A DNA stretch of 33,399 nucleotides from Gaiellales bacterium (GTDB lineage Bacteria; Actinomycetota; Thermoleophilia; Gaiellales; F1-60-MAGs149): NCBI GenBank assembly GCA_049433345.1, contig JBMTER010000003.1, positions 1 to 33,399 of the forward strand, given 5' to 3'. The translations under genes were made by a program, and so were the position numbers. A model generated the notes under the pieces. It was given only the letters and a program-made list of their open reading frames with translations. It did no database searches and was not told where the DNA came from. Below, in pieces: positions 9,976 through 18,568 of this stretch. Each line of letters begins with the position of its first letter. Position 1 is the stretch's first letter.

Positions 9976-11238
9976 GTGGCATTGCTCGTCTCCGCGATCT
10001 TCGCGGCCGCACTGATCGCCATCGTGGCGGACTGGATCGACCGCACGAAGATCGCACTCCTCGGCGCCGCCGCCGTCGTCCTGGTCGGCGCGCTGACCGT
10101 CGACACGGCGGTCGAATCGGTCGACTGGCAGACGCTCGGCCTCCTGGTCGGGATGATGATCATCGTCGTCCTCGTCGAGCCGACGGGGATCTTCGGCTAC
10201 CTCGGCCTGCACGCCGCGCGCCTGTCGCGTGGCCGTCCGATGCGGCTCCTGTTCCTGCTCGGCCTGTTGACCGGGACGATGTCGGCTTTCCTCGACAACC
10301 TGACAGCGATCCTGCTGGTGCTGCCGATGGCCTTCGCGGTCTCCCGCCAGCTCGGCATCTCGCCGATCCCCCTCGTGGTCACGCAGATCCTGAGCAGCAA
10401 CCTCGGCGGAACGGCGACGCTGATCGGCGATCCGCCGAACATCATGATCGGCGGCGCCAAGCCCGAGCTCTCGTTCGTCGAATTCATCGTCAACCTCGCG
10501 CCGCCGTCCGTCGTCGCGCTCGTGGTCGCGATCCTGATGCTGCGCGTGCTGTTCCGACACGACCTGCGCTACGACCCCGTGCGGGCTGCGGCGCTGCAGG
10601 ACCTCGTCCCGTCGTCCGAGCTACGCGAGTCGACGGCACGCCGCGCAGTCGTCCTCGGGGTGCTGGGCCTGACGCTGCTCGCGTTCTTCGCCCACAACGC
10701 GATCCACCTCGCGCCCGCGGTCGTCGCGCTGTGCGGCGCGACCGCGATGCTGCTGGTCACCGACGTCAAGATCGAGAAGGCCCTCGAACGCGTCGAATGG
10801 GCGACCCTGTTCTTCTTCATCGGCCTCTTCGTGATGGTCGGCGCGCTCGAGCAGCAGGGCGTGATCGAGCGCATCGCCGACGTCGTCCAGGAGATGACCA
10901 GCGGCAGCGAGCCGATCCAGGCGCTGGTGATCCTGTGGGGTGCCGCCGTCGGGTCCGCGCTCGTCGACAACATCCCGTTCACGGCCGCGATGATCCCGGT
11001 CGTCGACCAGATCGATGGCGCCGGGATCAAGCCGTTCCTGTGGTGGTCGCTCGCGCTCGGCGCCTGCTTCGGCGGCAACGCGACGATGGTGGCCGCCGCC
11101 GCCAACGTCGCCGCCACCGGCATCGCGAAGCGCGAGGGGCACCCGATCTCGTTCGCGCGCTTCCTGCTGTACGGCCTGCCCGTGACGATCGTGTCGCTCG
11201 TGATCGCCACGCTCTGGGTCCAGCTGGTGCTGCTCTGA
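9976..11238 (+). CDS. ArsB/NhaD (ion transporter superfamily) permease, possible Na+/H+ antiporter
   Basis: GTG at 9976 after a GGAGAGGGGG RBS, in frame with ORF 8623..11238; DWQTLGLLVGMMI, SAFLDNLT, SNLGGTATLIGDPPNIMIG, SALVDNIPF, GACFGGNATMV..AAN motifs. Confidence 0.88.
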   Translation: MALLVSAIFAAALIAIVADWIDRTKIALLGAAAVVLVGALTVDTAVESVDWQTLGLLVGMMIIVVLVEPTGIFGYLGLHAARLSRGRPMRLLFLLGLLTGTMSAFLDNLTAILLVLPMAFAVSRQLGISPIPLVVTQILSSNLGGTATLIGDPPNIMIGGAKPELSFVEFIVNLAPPSVVALVVAILMLRVLFRHDLRYDPVRAAALQDLVPSSELRESTARRAVVLGVLGLTLLAFFAHNAIHLAPAVVALCGATAMLLVTDVKIEKALERVEWATLFFFIGLFVMVGALEQQGVIERIADVVQEMTSGSEPIQALVILWGAAVGSALVDNIPFTAAMIPVVDQIDGAGIKPFLWWSLALGACFGGNATMVAAAANVAATGIAKREGHPISFARFLLYGLPVTIVSLVIATLWVQLVLL

Positions 11239-11311
11239 CGCGCCCGGCAGGATTCGAACCTGCGGCCTCGAGATTAGAAGTCTCTCGCTCTATCCCCTGA
11301 GCTACGGGCGC
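11239..11311 (-). tRNA. tRNA-Arg (anticodon TCT)
   Basis: Reverse complement GCGCCCGTAGCTCAGGGGATAGAGCGAGAGACTTCTAATCTCGAGGCCGCAGGTTCGAATCCTGCCGGGCGCG: 7-bp acceptor stem, D-arm, CT-TCT-AA loop, GGTTCGAATCC T-arm; CCA not encoded. Confidence 0.95.
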
Positions 11312-11364
11312 ACCCCGAACGGTACCCGGCGCGGTCGTACGGCGATACGCAGCACACTGGTCGG

Positions 11365-12564
11365 GTGCGCTATCCGTACGCCGATCTCGTCGGACTGCCG
11401 AACGTCCCGCGCCTGTTGAGCGCCGCCGTGCTCGGCCGGCTGCCGGTCGGCATGGGGGCGATCGCGCTGTTCCTGCTCGTACGCCAGAGCGGCGGCTCGT
11501 ACGCGACCGCCGGCTTCGCGGTCGGCGCGTCGACGATCGCCGGGTGCGTCGGCGCGCCCGTGCTCGGACGGCTCGTCGACGCGCACGGGCAACCGCGGGT
11601 GCTGATCCCGAGCATGCTGGCCCAGGTCGCGGCGCTCGTGCTGCTCGCCCTGCTGGCCCCCGCCGACGGCCCGCTCCTGTTCGCGCTGTGCGCCGCCTAC
11701 GGGTTCCTCGCCCCGCCGCTCGCCGCCTCGCTGCGCGCCACGTGGGCGCAGCTGCTCCCGGACCGAGGGCGCCTCCAGCGCGCCTACTCGCTCGACTCGA
11801 CCGCGCAGGAGACGATCTGGATCATGGGTCCCGTCCTCGCCGCCTCGGTGGCGGCCGCCTACGACGCCCGCATTCCGCTGGTGCTGATGGCCGGCTTCGT
11901 CGGGATCGGCGTACTCTGGTTCGCGACCTCCGAGACGAGCCGCCGCTGGCGCGCCGAGCGCACGGGCGAGCGGCACCTGCTCGGGCCGCTGCAGGCCCGT
12001 CCCGTGCGACGCGTGCTGATGGCCATCCTCGGCCTCGCCTTCGCCTGGGGCTCGCTCGAGCTCGCCATCGCCGCGCGGGCGGACTCGCGCGGCGAGAACC
12101 CGGGGCTCCTCCTGTCAATCTGGGCCGTCGGCAGCGTCGTCGGCGGGCTCGCCTTCGCCGCCCGCCGCTGGGGCGGCACCCCGCAGCGGCTGCTGGTGAT
12201 CCTGCTGATCCTCAACTGCGCGGGCTTCCTCGTCCTGCCCCTCGCCCGCGACGCGGTGCAGCTCGGCGTGTTGCTCGCGATCACCGGCGTCGTCAACGCA
12301 CCGGTGATCGCCACCCTCTACACCCTGATCGAGGAGCTCGCGCCACGGGGCACCGTGACCGAGGCCTTCACATGGGTGTCGACGACGTTCCTGGCGGGGA
12401 TCAGCGGCGGCGTCGCCCTGGCCGGCGTCGTCTCGGACGCGTACGGCCCGCGCAGCGCCTTCGCGCTGGCCATCGTCGGGGGAGGGGCCGCCGTGGTCGC
12501 CGTCGTGCTGCGGCACCGTGGACTGCACTCGGCGACCGCACAGGTGGCAGACCGCACGATGTAG
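11365..12564 (+). CDS. MFS transporter
   Basis: 399 aa, about 12 hydrophobic segments, motif A-like GRLVDAHGQPRV; substrate unknown. Confidence 0.88.
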   Translation: MRYPYADLVGLPNVPRLLSAAVLGRLPVGMGAIALFLLVRQSGGSYATAGFAVGASTIAGCVGAPVLGRLVDAHGQPRVLIPSMLAQVAALVLLALLAPADGPLLFALCAAYGFLAPPLAASLRATWAQLLPDRGRLQRAYSLDSTAQETIWIMGPVLAASVAAAYDARIPLVLMAGFVGIGVLWFATSETSRRWRAERTGERHLLGPLQARPVRRVLMAILGLAFAWGSLELAIAARADSRGENPGLLLSIWAVGSVVGGLAFAARRWGGTPQRLLVILLILNCAGFLVLPLARDAVQLGVLLAITGVVNAPVIATLYTLIEELAPRGTVTEAFTWVSTTFLAGISGGVALAGVVSDAYGPRSAFALAIVGGGAAVVAVVLRHRGLHSATAQVADRTM

Positions 12565-12596
12565 GCCGCAGGGCGCTCCGCTGCGATGAATTCGGC

Positions 12597-13445
12597 ATGG
12601 GGAGCACCGAGGCATCCATGCTGACGCTGCAGGAGGCTGCGGACGTCGTCGGCTGCCACTACCAGACGCTGTACCGGCGCGTCCGCAGCGGTGACATCCC
12701 CGCGCTCGTCGCCGGCGGCTCGTACCGGATCCGCCGCGAGGACCTTGACACGTGGCTGTCCGAGCGCGACCAGCGCAGCGGCGCGGTCCCGGACCGCGGC
12801 CAGCGCGACTGGCCGGCCCAGGCCGACCGCCTCTTCTCGCACCTGATCACGGGCGACACCGACGCGGCCCGCCAGCAGATCGACCGCCTGCTCGCCGGCG
12901 GCACCTCGGTGGCGGAGTTCTGCGACAGCCTGTTCGCGCCGATCCTCTTCCGCATCGGCGACCTCTGGCGGCGCGGCGAGATCACGATCGGCGACGAGCA
13001 TCGCGCGTCGCGCACCGTCGAGAGCCTGCTCGAGCGCGTGCTGGCCGCACGCCCGAAGCCGGGACCGCGGCTCGGCACCGTGGTCGTAGCGGCCCCCCGC
13101 GGGGATCGCCACTCGCTGCCCGGGCAGATGGTCGCCTTCGGCCTGCGCGCCGACGGCTTCATCGTGCACCACCTCGGCGCCGACCTTCCACCCGACGAGA
13201 TCGCCGACCTCGCCACGCGCGAGCAGGCCGACCTCGTCGCCCTGTCCTGCGCGACCGGGGATCGCGAGGGACTCGTGGAGGCGATGCGGGCGCTCGCCGC
13301 GGCGGGCTTCCCCGTACTGGTCGGCGGGGCGGGCATCGGCAGCGCCGAGGCGATCGAGCTCGGAGCGGCCCGCTACGGCGGATCCGTGGCCGAGGCGCAG
13401 CTGGCCGCCCGCGCGATCGTGCGCGAACGCGCCGCTGCGCGCTAG
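12597..13445 (+). CDS. Excisionase-like HTH plus cobalamin-binding domain transcriptional regulator (CarH/LitR-like architecture)
   Basis: N-terminal LTLQEAADVVGCHYQTLYRRVRSGDIPA...YRIRREDL (Xis/MerR-superfamily HTH), then W-x9-EH (WRRGEITIGDEH) and DxHxxP-x41-SxA-x23-GG. The start could also be ATG 12618. Confidence 0.85.
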   Translation: MGSTEASMLTLQEAADVVGCHYQTLYRRVRSGDIPALVAGGSYRIRREDLDTWLSERDQRSGAVPDRGQRDWPAQADRLFSHLITGDTDAARQQIDRLLAGGTSVAEFCDSLFAPILFRIGDLWRRGEITIGDEHRASRTVESLLERVLAARPKPGPRLGTVVVAAPRGDRHSLPGQMVAFGLRADGFIVHHLGADLPPDEIADLATREQADLVALSCATGDREGLVEAMRALAAAGFPVLVGGAGIGSAEAIELGAARYGGSVAEAQLAARAIVRERAAAR

Positions 13446-15622
13446 CGCCGCTCGGAGCGGTCGAACGGCCGCAGGCGCTCGGCGGTCTCCTCGCGTCGCG
13501 TCGTGCGCGCTCCCGCATCGCGCCCGCCGACGGCGTCGACGGCCTGACGCATCAGCTCGTCCTGCGCCATCACGGCGGCGGCACCCGCGACGGGGATGCG
13601 GCGCTCCCATACGCCGTCGCGGCCGAGCTCCCACGAGCCGCCGGAGTCGGCCAGTTCGAGTTCGAGGACCGCGTCGAGGCGTTCCAGGACAGCGGGGTCG
13701 CGGACCGGCACGACCACCTCGATCCGCGAGTCGAGGTTGCGCTGCATCATGTCGGCACTGCCGAGGTAGGTCGTCGAGGCGACCCCGGTCTCGAAGCGGA
13801 AGACGCGCGCATGCTCGAGGAAGCGCCCGAGGATCGAGACGACGCGGATGTTCTCCGACATTCCGGGCACACCGGGACGCAGGCAGCAGATCCCCCGCAC
13901 GATCAGGTCGATGCGGACCCCCGCCTGGGCGGCCCGGTAGAGCTCCTCGATGACCACCGGGTCGACCAGGGAGTTCATCTTCATCGTGATGCGGGCGGGG
14001 CGGGCGGGGGTGTGCTCGACCGCGCAGCGGCGGATCTCGGCCACGACGTGGCCACGCAGGTGCATCGGCGCGACCCAGATCGCGTGGTACCCCTGCGGTC
14101 GCGCGAAGCCGGTCATCTGGTTGAAGAGGTCCGCGACGTCGGCGGTGATCTGGTCGTCGCAGGTGAAGAGACCGAAGTCCGTGTAGGTGCGCGCGGTCGA
14201 CGGGTTGTAGTTGCCCGTGCCGATGTGCACGTAGCGGCGCGTGCCTCCCTGCTCGCGACGCACCACGAGCGCCAACTTGCAGTGCGTCTTGTAGCCGACC
14301 TGCCCGTGCACGACGTGGACGCCCGCTCGCTCGAGGGCGCGGGCCCAGCGGATGTTGCGCTCCTCGTCGAAACGGGCGGTCACCTCGACGAGCGCGACGG
14401 CCTGCTTGCCCTCCTCCGCGGCGAGGGCGAGCGCCGGCACGATCGGCGAATCGCCGCTCGTGCGGTAGATCGTGTGCTTGATCGCGAGCACGTCGGGATC
14501 CTGGACCGCCTGCTCGATGAAGCGCTCGACCGAGGCGCCGAAGGACTCGTACGGGTGGTGCACGAGGATGTCGCCCTTGCGGATCTCCGCGAACACGTCG
14601 ACGGCGCCTTCGCCCTCGCCGGCGAGTCGCGCCGGCAGCTGCGACTGCCAGGGCCGGAACCGCAGATCGGGGCGGGGGAGACGGGCGAGGACGCTCAGCC
14701 CGCCGGTGTCGAGCGGCGGCCGGGTGGCGAAGACCTGGCGCAGATCGACGTCGAGGGCGTCGATCAGGGTCGCGCGCATGTCGGCGGGCATCGACTCGTC
14801 GATCTCGAGGCGCACGACGTCGCCGAAGCGGCGCCGCGACAACTCCCGCTCGACCGCCTCGAGCAGGTCGTCGGCGCCCTCCTGGATCTCGAAGTCCGCG
14901 TCGCGCGTGACCCGGAAGGTGCTCGACGCGACGATCTCCATGCCGGGGAAGAGCATCGGCAGTCCCGCCGCGATGATCTCCTCGATGCGCACGAAACGGT
15001 CGCGGTCGCCGAGGCGCACGAGCCGGGGCAGCACCTCGGGCACCTTGACGCGCGCGAAGCGCGTCTCGCCGTTCGACGGGTCGCGCACGGACACGCCGAC
15101 CGACAACGACAGGTTGGAGATGTAGGGGAAGGGCTGGCCGGGACCGACGGCGAGCGGCGTCAGCACCGGATACAGCTGGGCGCGGAAGACCTCCGCGATC
15201 TCCTCCTGCTCCTCCGCGGTGCAGTCGGCGAGCCCCACGACCTCGATGCCGTGCGCCGCCAGCTCCGGCAGCAGCATGCCGTGCACCGTGTCCTCAAGTT
15301 GCGCCTGCAGGTCGCGGTAGCGATCGGCGATCGCGTCGAGCGTCTCGTGCGGGGGCGTGCCGTCCGTCGGCACGGTGCCGTGCAGCACGTGGTCGACGAG
15401 GCCCGCCACCCGCACCATGAAGAACTCGTCGAAGTTGCTCGCGTAGATCGAGCAGTAGCGGACGCGCTCGAGCAGTGGAAACGTCGGATCCGCCGCCAGT
15501 TCGAGCACCCGGCGGTTGAAGTCGAGCCAGGACAGCTCGCGGTTGAACAGCCGCTCGCGACCCTCGGGGGCGCGCAGGGACGCGGAGGGGCGGGGACCCG
15601 GCGTTGTGCGACTGGCCTCCAT
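13442..15622 (-). CDS. ppk1: Polyphosphate kinase 1
   Basis: 726 aa; FNRELSWLDFNRRVL, NFDEFFMVRVAGL, HHPYESF, ARFDEERNI, GTGNYN, GRFLEHAR, SADMMQRNLDSRIE. Confidence 0.97.
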   Translation of the reverse strand: MEASRTTPGPRPSASLRAPEGRERLFNRELSWLDFNRRVLELAADPTFPLLERVRYCSIYASNFDEFFMVRVAGLVDHVLHGTVPTDGTPPHETLDAIADRYRDLQAQLEDTVHGMLLPELAAHGIEVVGLADCTAEEQEEIAEVFRAQLYPVLTPLAVGPGQPFPYISNLSLSVGVSVRDPSNGETRFARVKVPEVLPRLVRLGDRDRFVRIEEIIAAGLPMLFPGMEIVASSTFRVTRDADFEIQEGADDLLEAVERELSRRRFGDVVRLEIDESMPADMRATLIDALDVDLRQVFATRPPLDTGGLSVLARLPRPDLRFRPWQSQLPARLAGEGEGAVDVFAEIRKGDILVHHPYESFGASVERFIEQAVQDPDVLAIKHTIYRTSGDSPIVPALALAAEEGKQAVALVEVTARFDEERNIRWARALERAGVHVVHGQVGYKTHCKLALVVRREQGGTRRYVHIGTGNYNPSTARTYTDFGLFTCDDQITADVADLFNQMTGFARPQGYHAIWVAPMHLRGHVVAEIRRCAVEHTPARPARITMKMNSLVDPVVIEELYRAAQAGVRIDLIVRGICCLRPGVPGMSENIRVVSILGRFLEHARVFRFETGVASTTYLGSADMMQRNLDSRIEVVVPVRDPAVLERLDAVLELELADSGGSWELGRDGVWERRIPVAGAAAVMAQDELMRQAVDAVGGRDAGARTTRREETAERLRPFDRSERR

Positions 15623-15670
15623 CGGCGGAAGGGTACCCGCTGCGGGCGGGCCGCGACCGCGCAGCGCGCG

Positions 15671-15714
15671 CGTAACCGGATCGTCACCGTCGGCTCACCG
15701 GCTCCACACCCATC
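15671..15714 (+). promoter_or_regulatory. Putative PHO box: four 11-nt direct-repeat units
   Basis: CGTAACCGGAT / CGTCACCGTCG / GCTCACCGGCT / CCACACCCATC at exact 11-nt period between divergent ppk1 and pstS; resembles the actinobacterial PhoP unit GTTCACC. Confidence 0.7.
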
Positions 15715-15775
15715 GCCCCCCGCGCATCGCCGATTCTGCCGGCGAAGGGTTCCGAGACCAACGGAGGGAAACCAC

Positions 15776-16741
15776 GTGCATACCCGCAAGGCACTCACCA
15801 CGATCCTCGCGATCGGCGCCATCGGTGCGCTGATGGCCGGCTGCGGCGGCGGCCGCGAGGAGGAGACGACCACGGACGCCGCCGCGGCGCAGAGCGACCT
15901 TTCCGGCGCGATCGTGCTCGACGGCTCCAGCACCGTCGCCCCCCTGGCCACGATCCTGGCCGAGAAGTTCGAGGGCGCCAACCCCGGCGTCTCCGTCACC
16001 GTCGGCACGTCCGGCACCGGCGGCGGCTTCGAGAAGTTCTGCGCCGGCGAGACGGACGTCTCGAACGCCTCGCGTGGCATCAAGGACGAGGAGGTCGCGG
16101 CCTGCTCCGAGGGCGGCGTGGAGTACTCGGAGGTGCTCGTCGCCAACGACGGCATCGCGATCGTCGCCAACCCGGAGAACGACTGGGCGCAGTGCCTGAC
16201 GGTCGAACAGCTCGCCACCATGTGGGGCCCGGGCTCGTCCGCCACCAGTTGGAAGGACATCGATCCGTCGTTCCCCGATGAGCCGCTCAAGCTGTACGGC
16301 CCCGGCACCGACTCCGGCACGTTCGACTTCTTCACGGACGCCATCAACGGCGAGGAGGGAGCGAGCCGCACCGACTACTCGCCGTCCGAGGACGACAACG
16401 TGACCATCCAGGGCGTCACCGGCGAGAAGGGCGGGCTCGGCTACTTCGGCCTCTCCTACTACCTGGAGAACCAGGACAAGCTCAAGCTGATCGAGGTCGA
16501 CAGCGGCTCCGGCTGCGTCGCCCCGAGCCTCGAGACGGTGCAGTCCGGCGCCTACGCGCCGCTCTCGCGCCCGCTCTTCATGTACGTGTCGGGCGGCGCG
16601 GCCGAGCGCCCCGAGGTGCTGGCCCTCGCCCAGTACCTGGCGGACAACGAGGAGGCCCTCAACACCGAGGCCCTGTTCGTGCCCCTCTCCGAGGAGCAGC
16701 TGACCACGCTCAAGACCGAGGTCGACAGCCTCAAGGGCTAG
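15776..16741 (+). CDS. pstS: Phosphate ABC transporter substrate-binding lipoprotein PstS
   Basis: GTG at 15776 after a GGAGGG RBS; signal peptide with lipobox MAG-C; DGSSTV, SGTGGGFEKFC, DSGTFDFF, YAPLSRPLFMYV. Confidence 0.95.
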   Translation: MHTRKALTTILAIGAIGALMAGCGGGREEETTTDAAAAQSDLSGAIVLDGSSTVAPLATILAEKFEGANPGVSVTVGTSGTGGGFEKFCAGETDVSNASRGIKDEEVAACSEGGVEYSEVLVANDGIAIVANPENDWAQCLTVEQLATMWGPGSSATSWKDIDPSFPDEPLKLYGPGTDSGTFDFFTDAINGEEGASRTDYSPSEDDNVTIQGVTGEKGGLGYFGLSYYLENQDKLKLIEVDSGSGCVAPSLETVQSGAYAPLSRPLFMYVSGGAAERPEVLALAQYLADNEEALNTEALFVPLSEEQLTTLKTEVDSLKG

Positions 16742-16778
16742 TCTGACCGCGTGGCAGTCGATTCCCCCACGATCGGAG

Positions 16779-17663
16779 GTGGGGGGCCGGCCCCCCGGCG
16801 AGCGCGCCATCAGCGGCGCGCTCGCCCTGGCGGCGGTGATCTCGGTGCTCGTGACGGTGGGCATCGTGATCGCGCTCCTGATCCCGTCGATCGAGTTCTT
16901 CGCGGAGATCTCGCCGACCGAGTTCTTCGGCACCACCGACTGGGCGCCGCTGTTCGAGCCACCGGCCTTCGGCGTCCTTCCGCTGATCATCGGCACCCTC
17001 TCGACGACCTTCTGGGCCTGCCTTGTCTGCCTGCCGCTCGGCCTCGGCACGGCCATCTACCTGAGCGAATACGCCCGCCCGAGGGTCCGCAACACCGTCA
17101 AGCCCGTGCTCGAGGTGCTGGCCGGCGTCCCGACGGTGGTCCTCGGCTACTTCGCCCTCACCGTCCTGACGCCGTTCCTGCGCGACCTGGGCTGGCAGGT
17201 CGAGATCTTCAACGCCTTCTCCGCAGGGGTGATCATCGGCATCCTGCTTCTGCCCACCGTCGCCTCGCTGTCGGAGGACGCGATGACGGCCGTGCCCCGC
17301 AACCTGCGCGAGGGCTCGTTCGGCCTCGGCGCGAATCGCTTCCAGGTCTCGACCCGGGTGGTCGTGCCCGCCGCGATCTCCGGGATCATCGCCTCCTTCG
17401 TCCTGGCCATCTCGCGCGCGATCGGCGAGACCACGATCGTGCTGCTCGCCGCCGGACAGCTGGCGCGCGTCTCCTTCTGGCCGGGCGAGTCCGTGATGAC
17501 GATGACCGCCTTCATCGCGGGTACGGGCTCCGGGGACGTGCCGACCGGCTCGATCGAGTACAAGACCATCTTCGCCGTCGGCATGACCCTGTTCGTGCTG
17601 ACCTTCATCCTCAACATCATCTCGATCCGGATGGTGCGCCGCTTCCGGGAGATCTACGAGTGA
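16779..17663 (+). CDS. pstC: Phosphate ABC transporter permease PstC (start uncertain; possibly 16751 with a 1-nt indel)
   Basis: [38 protein letters not shown] (EAA loop), SRAIGET; follows pstS. Confidence 0.93.
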   Translation: MGGRPPGERAISGALALAAVISVLVTVGIVIALLIPSIEFFAEISPTEFFGTTDWAPLFEPPAFGVLPLIIGTLSTTFWACLVCLPLGLGTAIYLSEYARPRVRNTVKPVLEVLAGVPTVVLGYFALTVLTPFLRDLGWQVEIFNAFSAGVIIGILLLPTVASLSEDAMTAVPRNLREGSFGLGANRFQVSTRVVVPAAISGIIASFVLAISRAIGETTIVLLAAGQLARVSFWPGESVMTMTAFIAGTGSGDVPTGSIEYKTIFAVGMTLFVLTFILNIISIRMVRRFREIYE

Positions 17664-18568
17664 ACGCGGCCAACCGCATCGCCGCGGCACGCGCGGAGGG
17701 CGCCGTCCGCGACTCGATCGCCGGACGCCGCAACCGCTCCCTGGCGGCCGGCGTGTTCCTCGGCTACCTGATCCTGTCGACGCTGGTCGGGCTCGTCGCC
17801 CTGGCGATCCTGCTGGTCACGATCCTGCAGGACGGATTGCCCTACCTCGATTCGATGCTGTTCTCGAACGCCCCGTCGGCGAACCCGAACCGGGCGGGCG
17901 CTCGTCCGGCGATCATCGCCAGCATCCTCGTCGCCGTCGTCCTGATCGCGACCGCCCTGCCCGTCGCGGTCGGGACCGCCGTCTACCTCGAGGAGTTCGC
18001 GCCGAAGGGCAACCGCCTGATCGACCTGATCGAGCTCAACATCCAGAACCTCGCCGCGGTGCCCTCGATCATCTTCGGCATCCTCGGCCTCGCGTTCCTC
18101 GTGCGCGGCATCGACCTCGGGCCTGTGCTCCTCGCCGGCGCCCTGATCCTGGGTCTGCAGATGCTGCCGACGGTGATCATCGCGGCTCGCGAGGCGCTGC
18201 GCGCGGTGCCCGACACGGTCCGACAGGGGGGCATGGCCCTCGGCGCGACACGCTGGCAGGTCGTCTGGCGCGAGGTTCTGCCCGCCGCGATCCCCGGCAT
18301 CGCGACCGGATCGATCCTCGGCATGAGCCGCGCGATCGGCGAGACCGCGCCGCTGCTGATGGTCGGCGCGGCGACCTTCGTGTCGTTCAACCCGGGCCTG
18401 CTGACCCAGTACACCGTGCTTCCGATCCTCATCTACCAGTGGATCAAGCTTCCCCAGGAGACATTCCAGGGCCTCGCGGCGGCGGCTATCATCGTGCTGC
18501 TCGTGATCCTGGTCGCCATGAACGGATTCGCCATATGGATGCGCAACAGGTACGAGAGGAAGTGGTGA
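17660..18568 (+). CDS. pstA: Phosphate ABC transporter permease PstA
   Basis: GTG at 17660 overlaps the pstC stop; [41 protein letters not shown]. Confidence 0.94.
   Translation: MNAANRIAAARAEGAVRDSIAGRRNRSLAAGVFLGYLILSTLVGLVALAILLVTILQDGLPYLDSMLFSNAPSANPNRAGARPAIIASILVAVVLIATALPVAVGTAVYLEEFAPKGNRLIDLIELNIQNLAAVPSIIFGILGLAFLVRGIDLGPVLLAGALILGLQMLPTVIIAAREALRAVPDTVRQGGMALGATRWQVVWREVLPAAIPGIATGSILGMSRAIGETAPLLMVGAATFVSFNPGLLTQYTVLPILIYQWIKLPQETFQGLAAAAIIVLLVILVAMNGFAIWMRNRYERKW

Noticed and set aside
7934-11238. Extended ORFs 7934..9883 and 8623..11238 (likewise 1091..2539, 11544..13445, 16751..18568, 19203..20129, 22684..23766, 23202..25049, 25947..26813)
   Set aside because: Their Arg/Pro-rich N-terminal extensions overlap real upstream genes in another frame; the true starts are the internal ATG/GTG codons given in features.
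12565-12617. Cobalamin riboswitch or CarH-type operator repeats near the B12-binding regulator
   Set aside because: No room for a riboswitch, and no convincing 11-bp periodic repeats here or upstream of the MFS gene.
11239-13445. tRNA-Arg plus excisionase-like HTH suggesting an integrated element
   Set aside because: No integrase, no duplicated tRNA 3' end (att site) and no obvious compositional shift; the HTH is fused to a B12-binding domain and looks like a regulator.
12752-16741. 1329-aa ORF
   Set aside because: Only the last 321 codons (from GTG 15776, with RBS and lipobox) are PstS; the rest is the stop-free antisense shadow of ppk1 in high-GC DNA.
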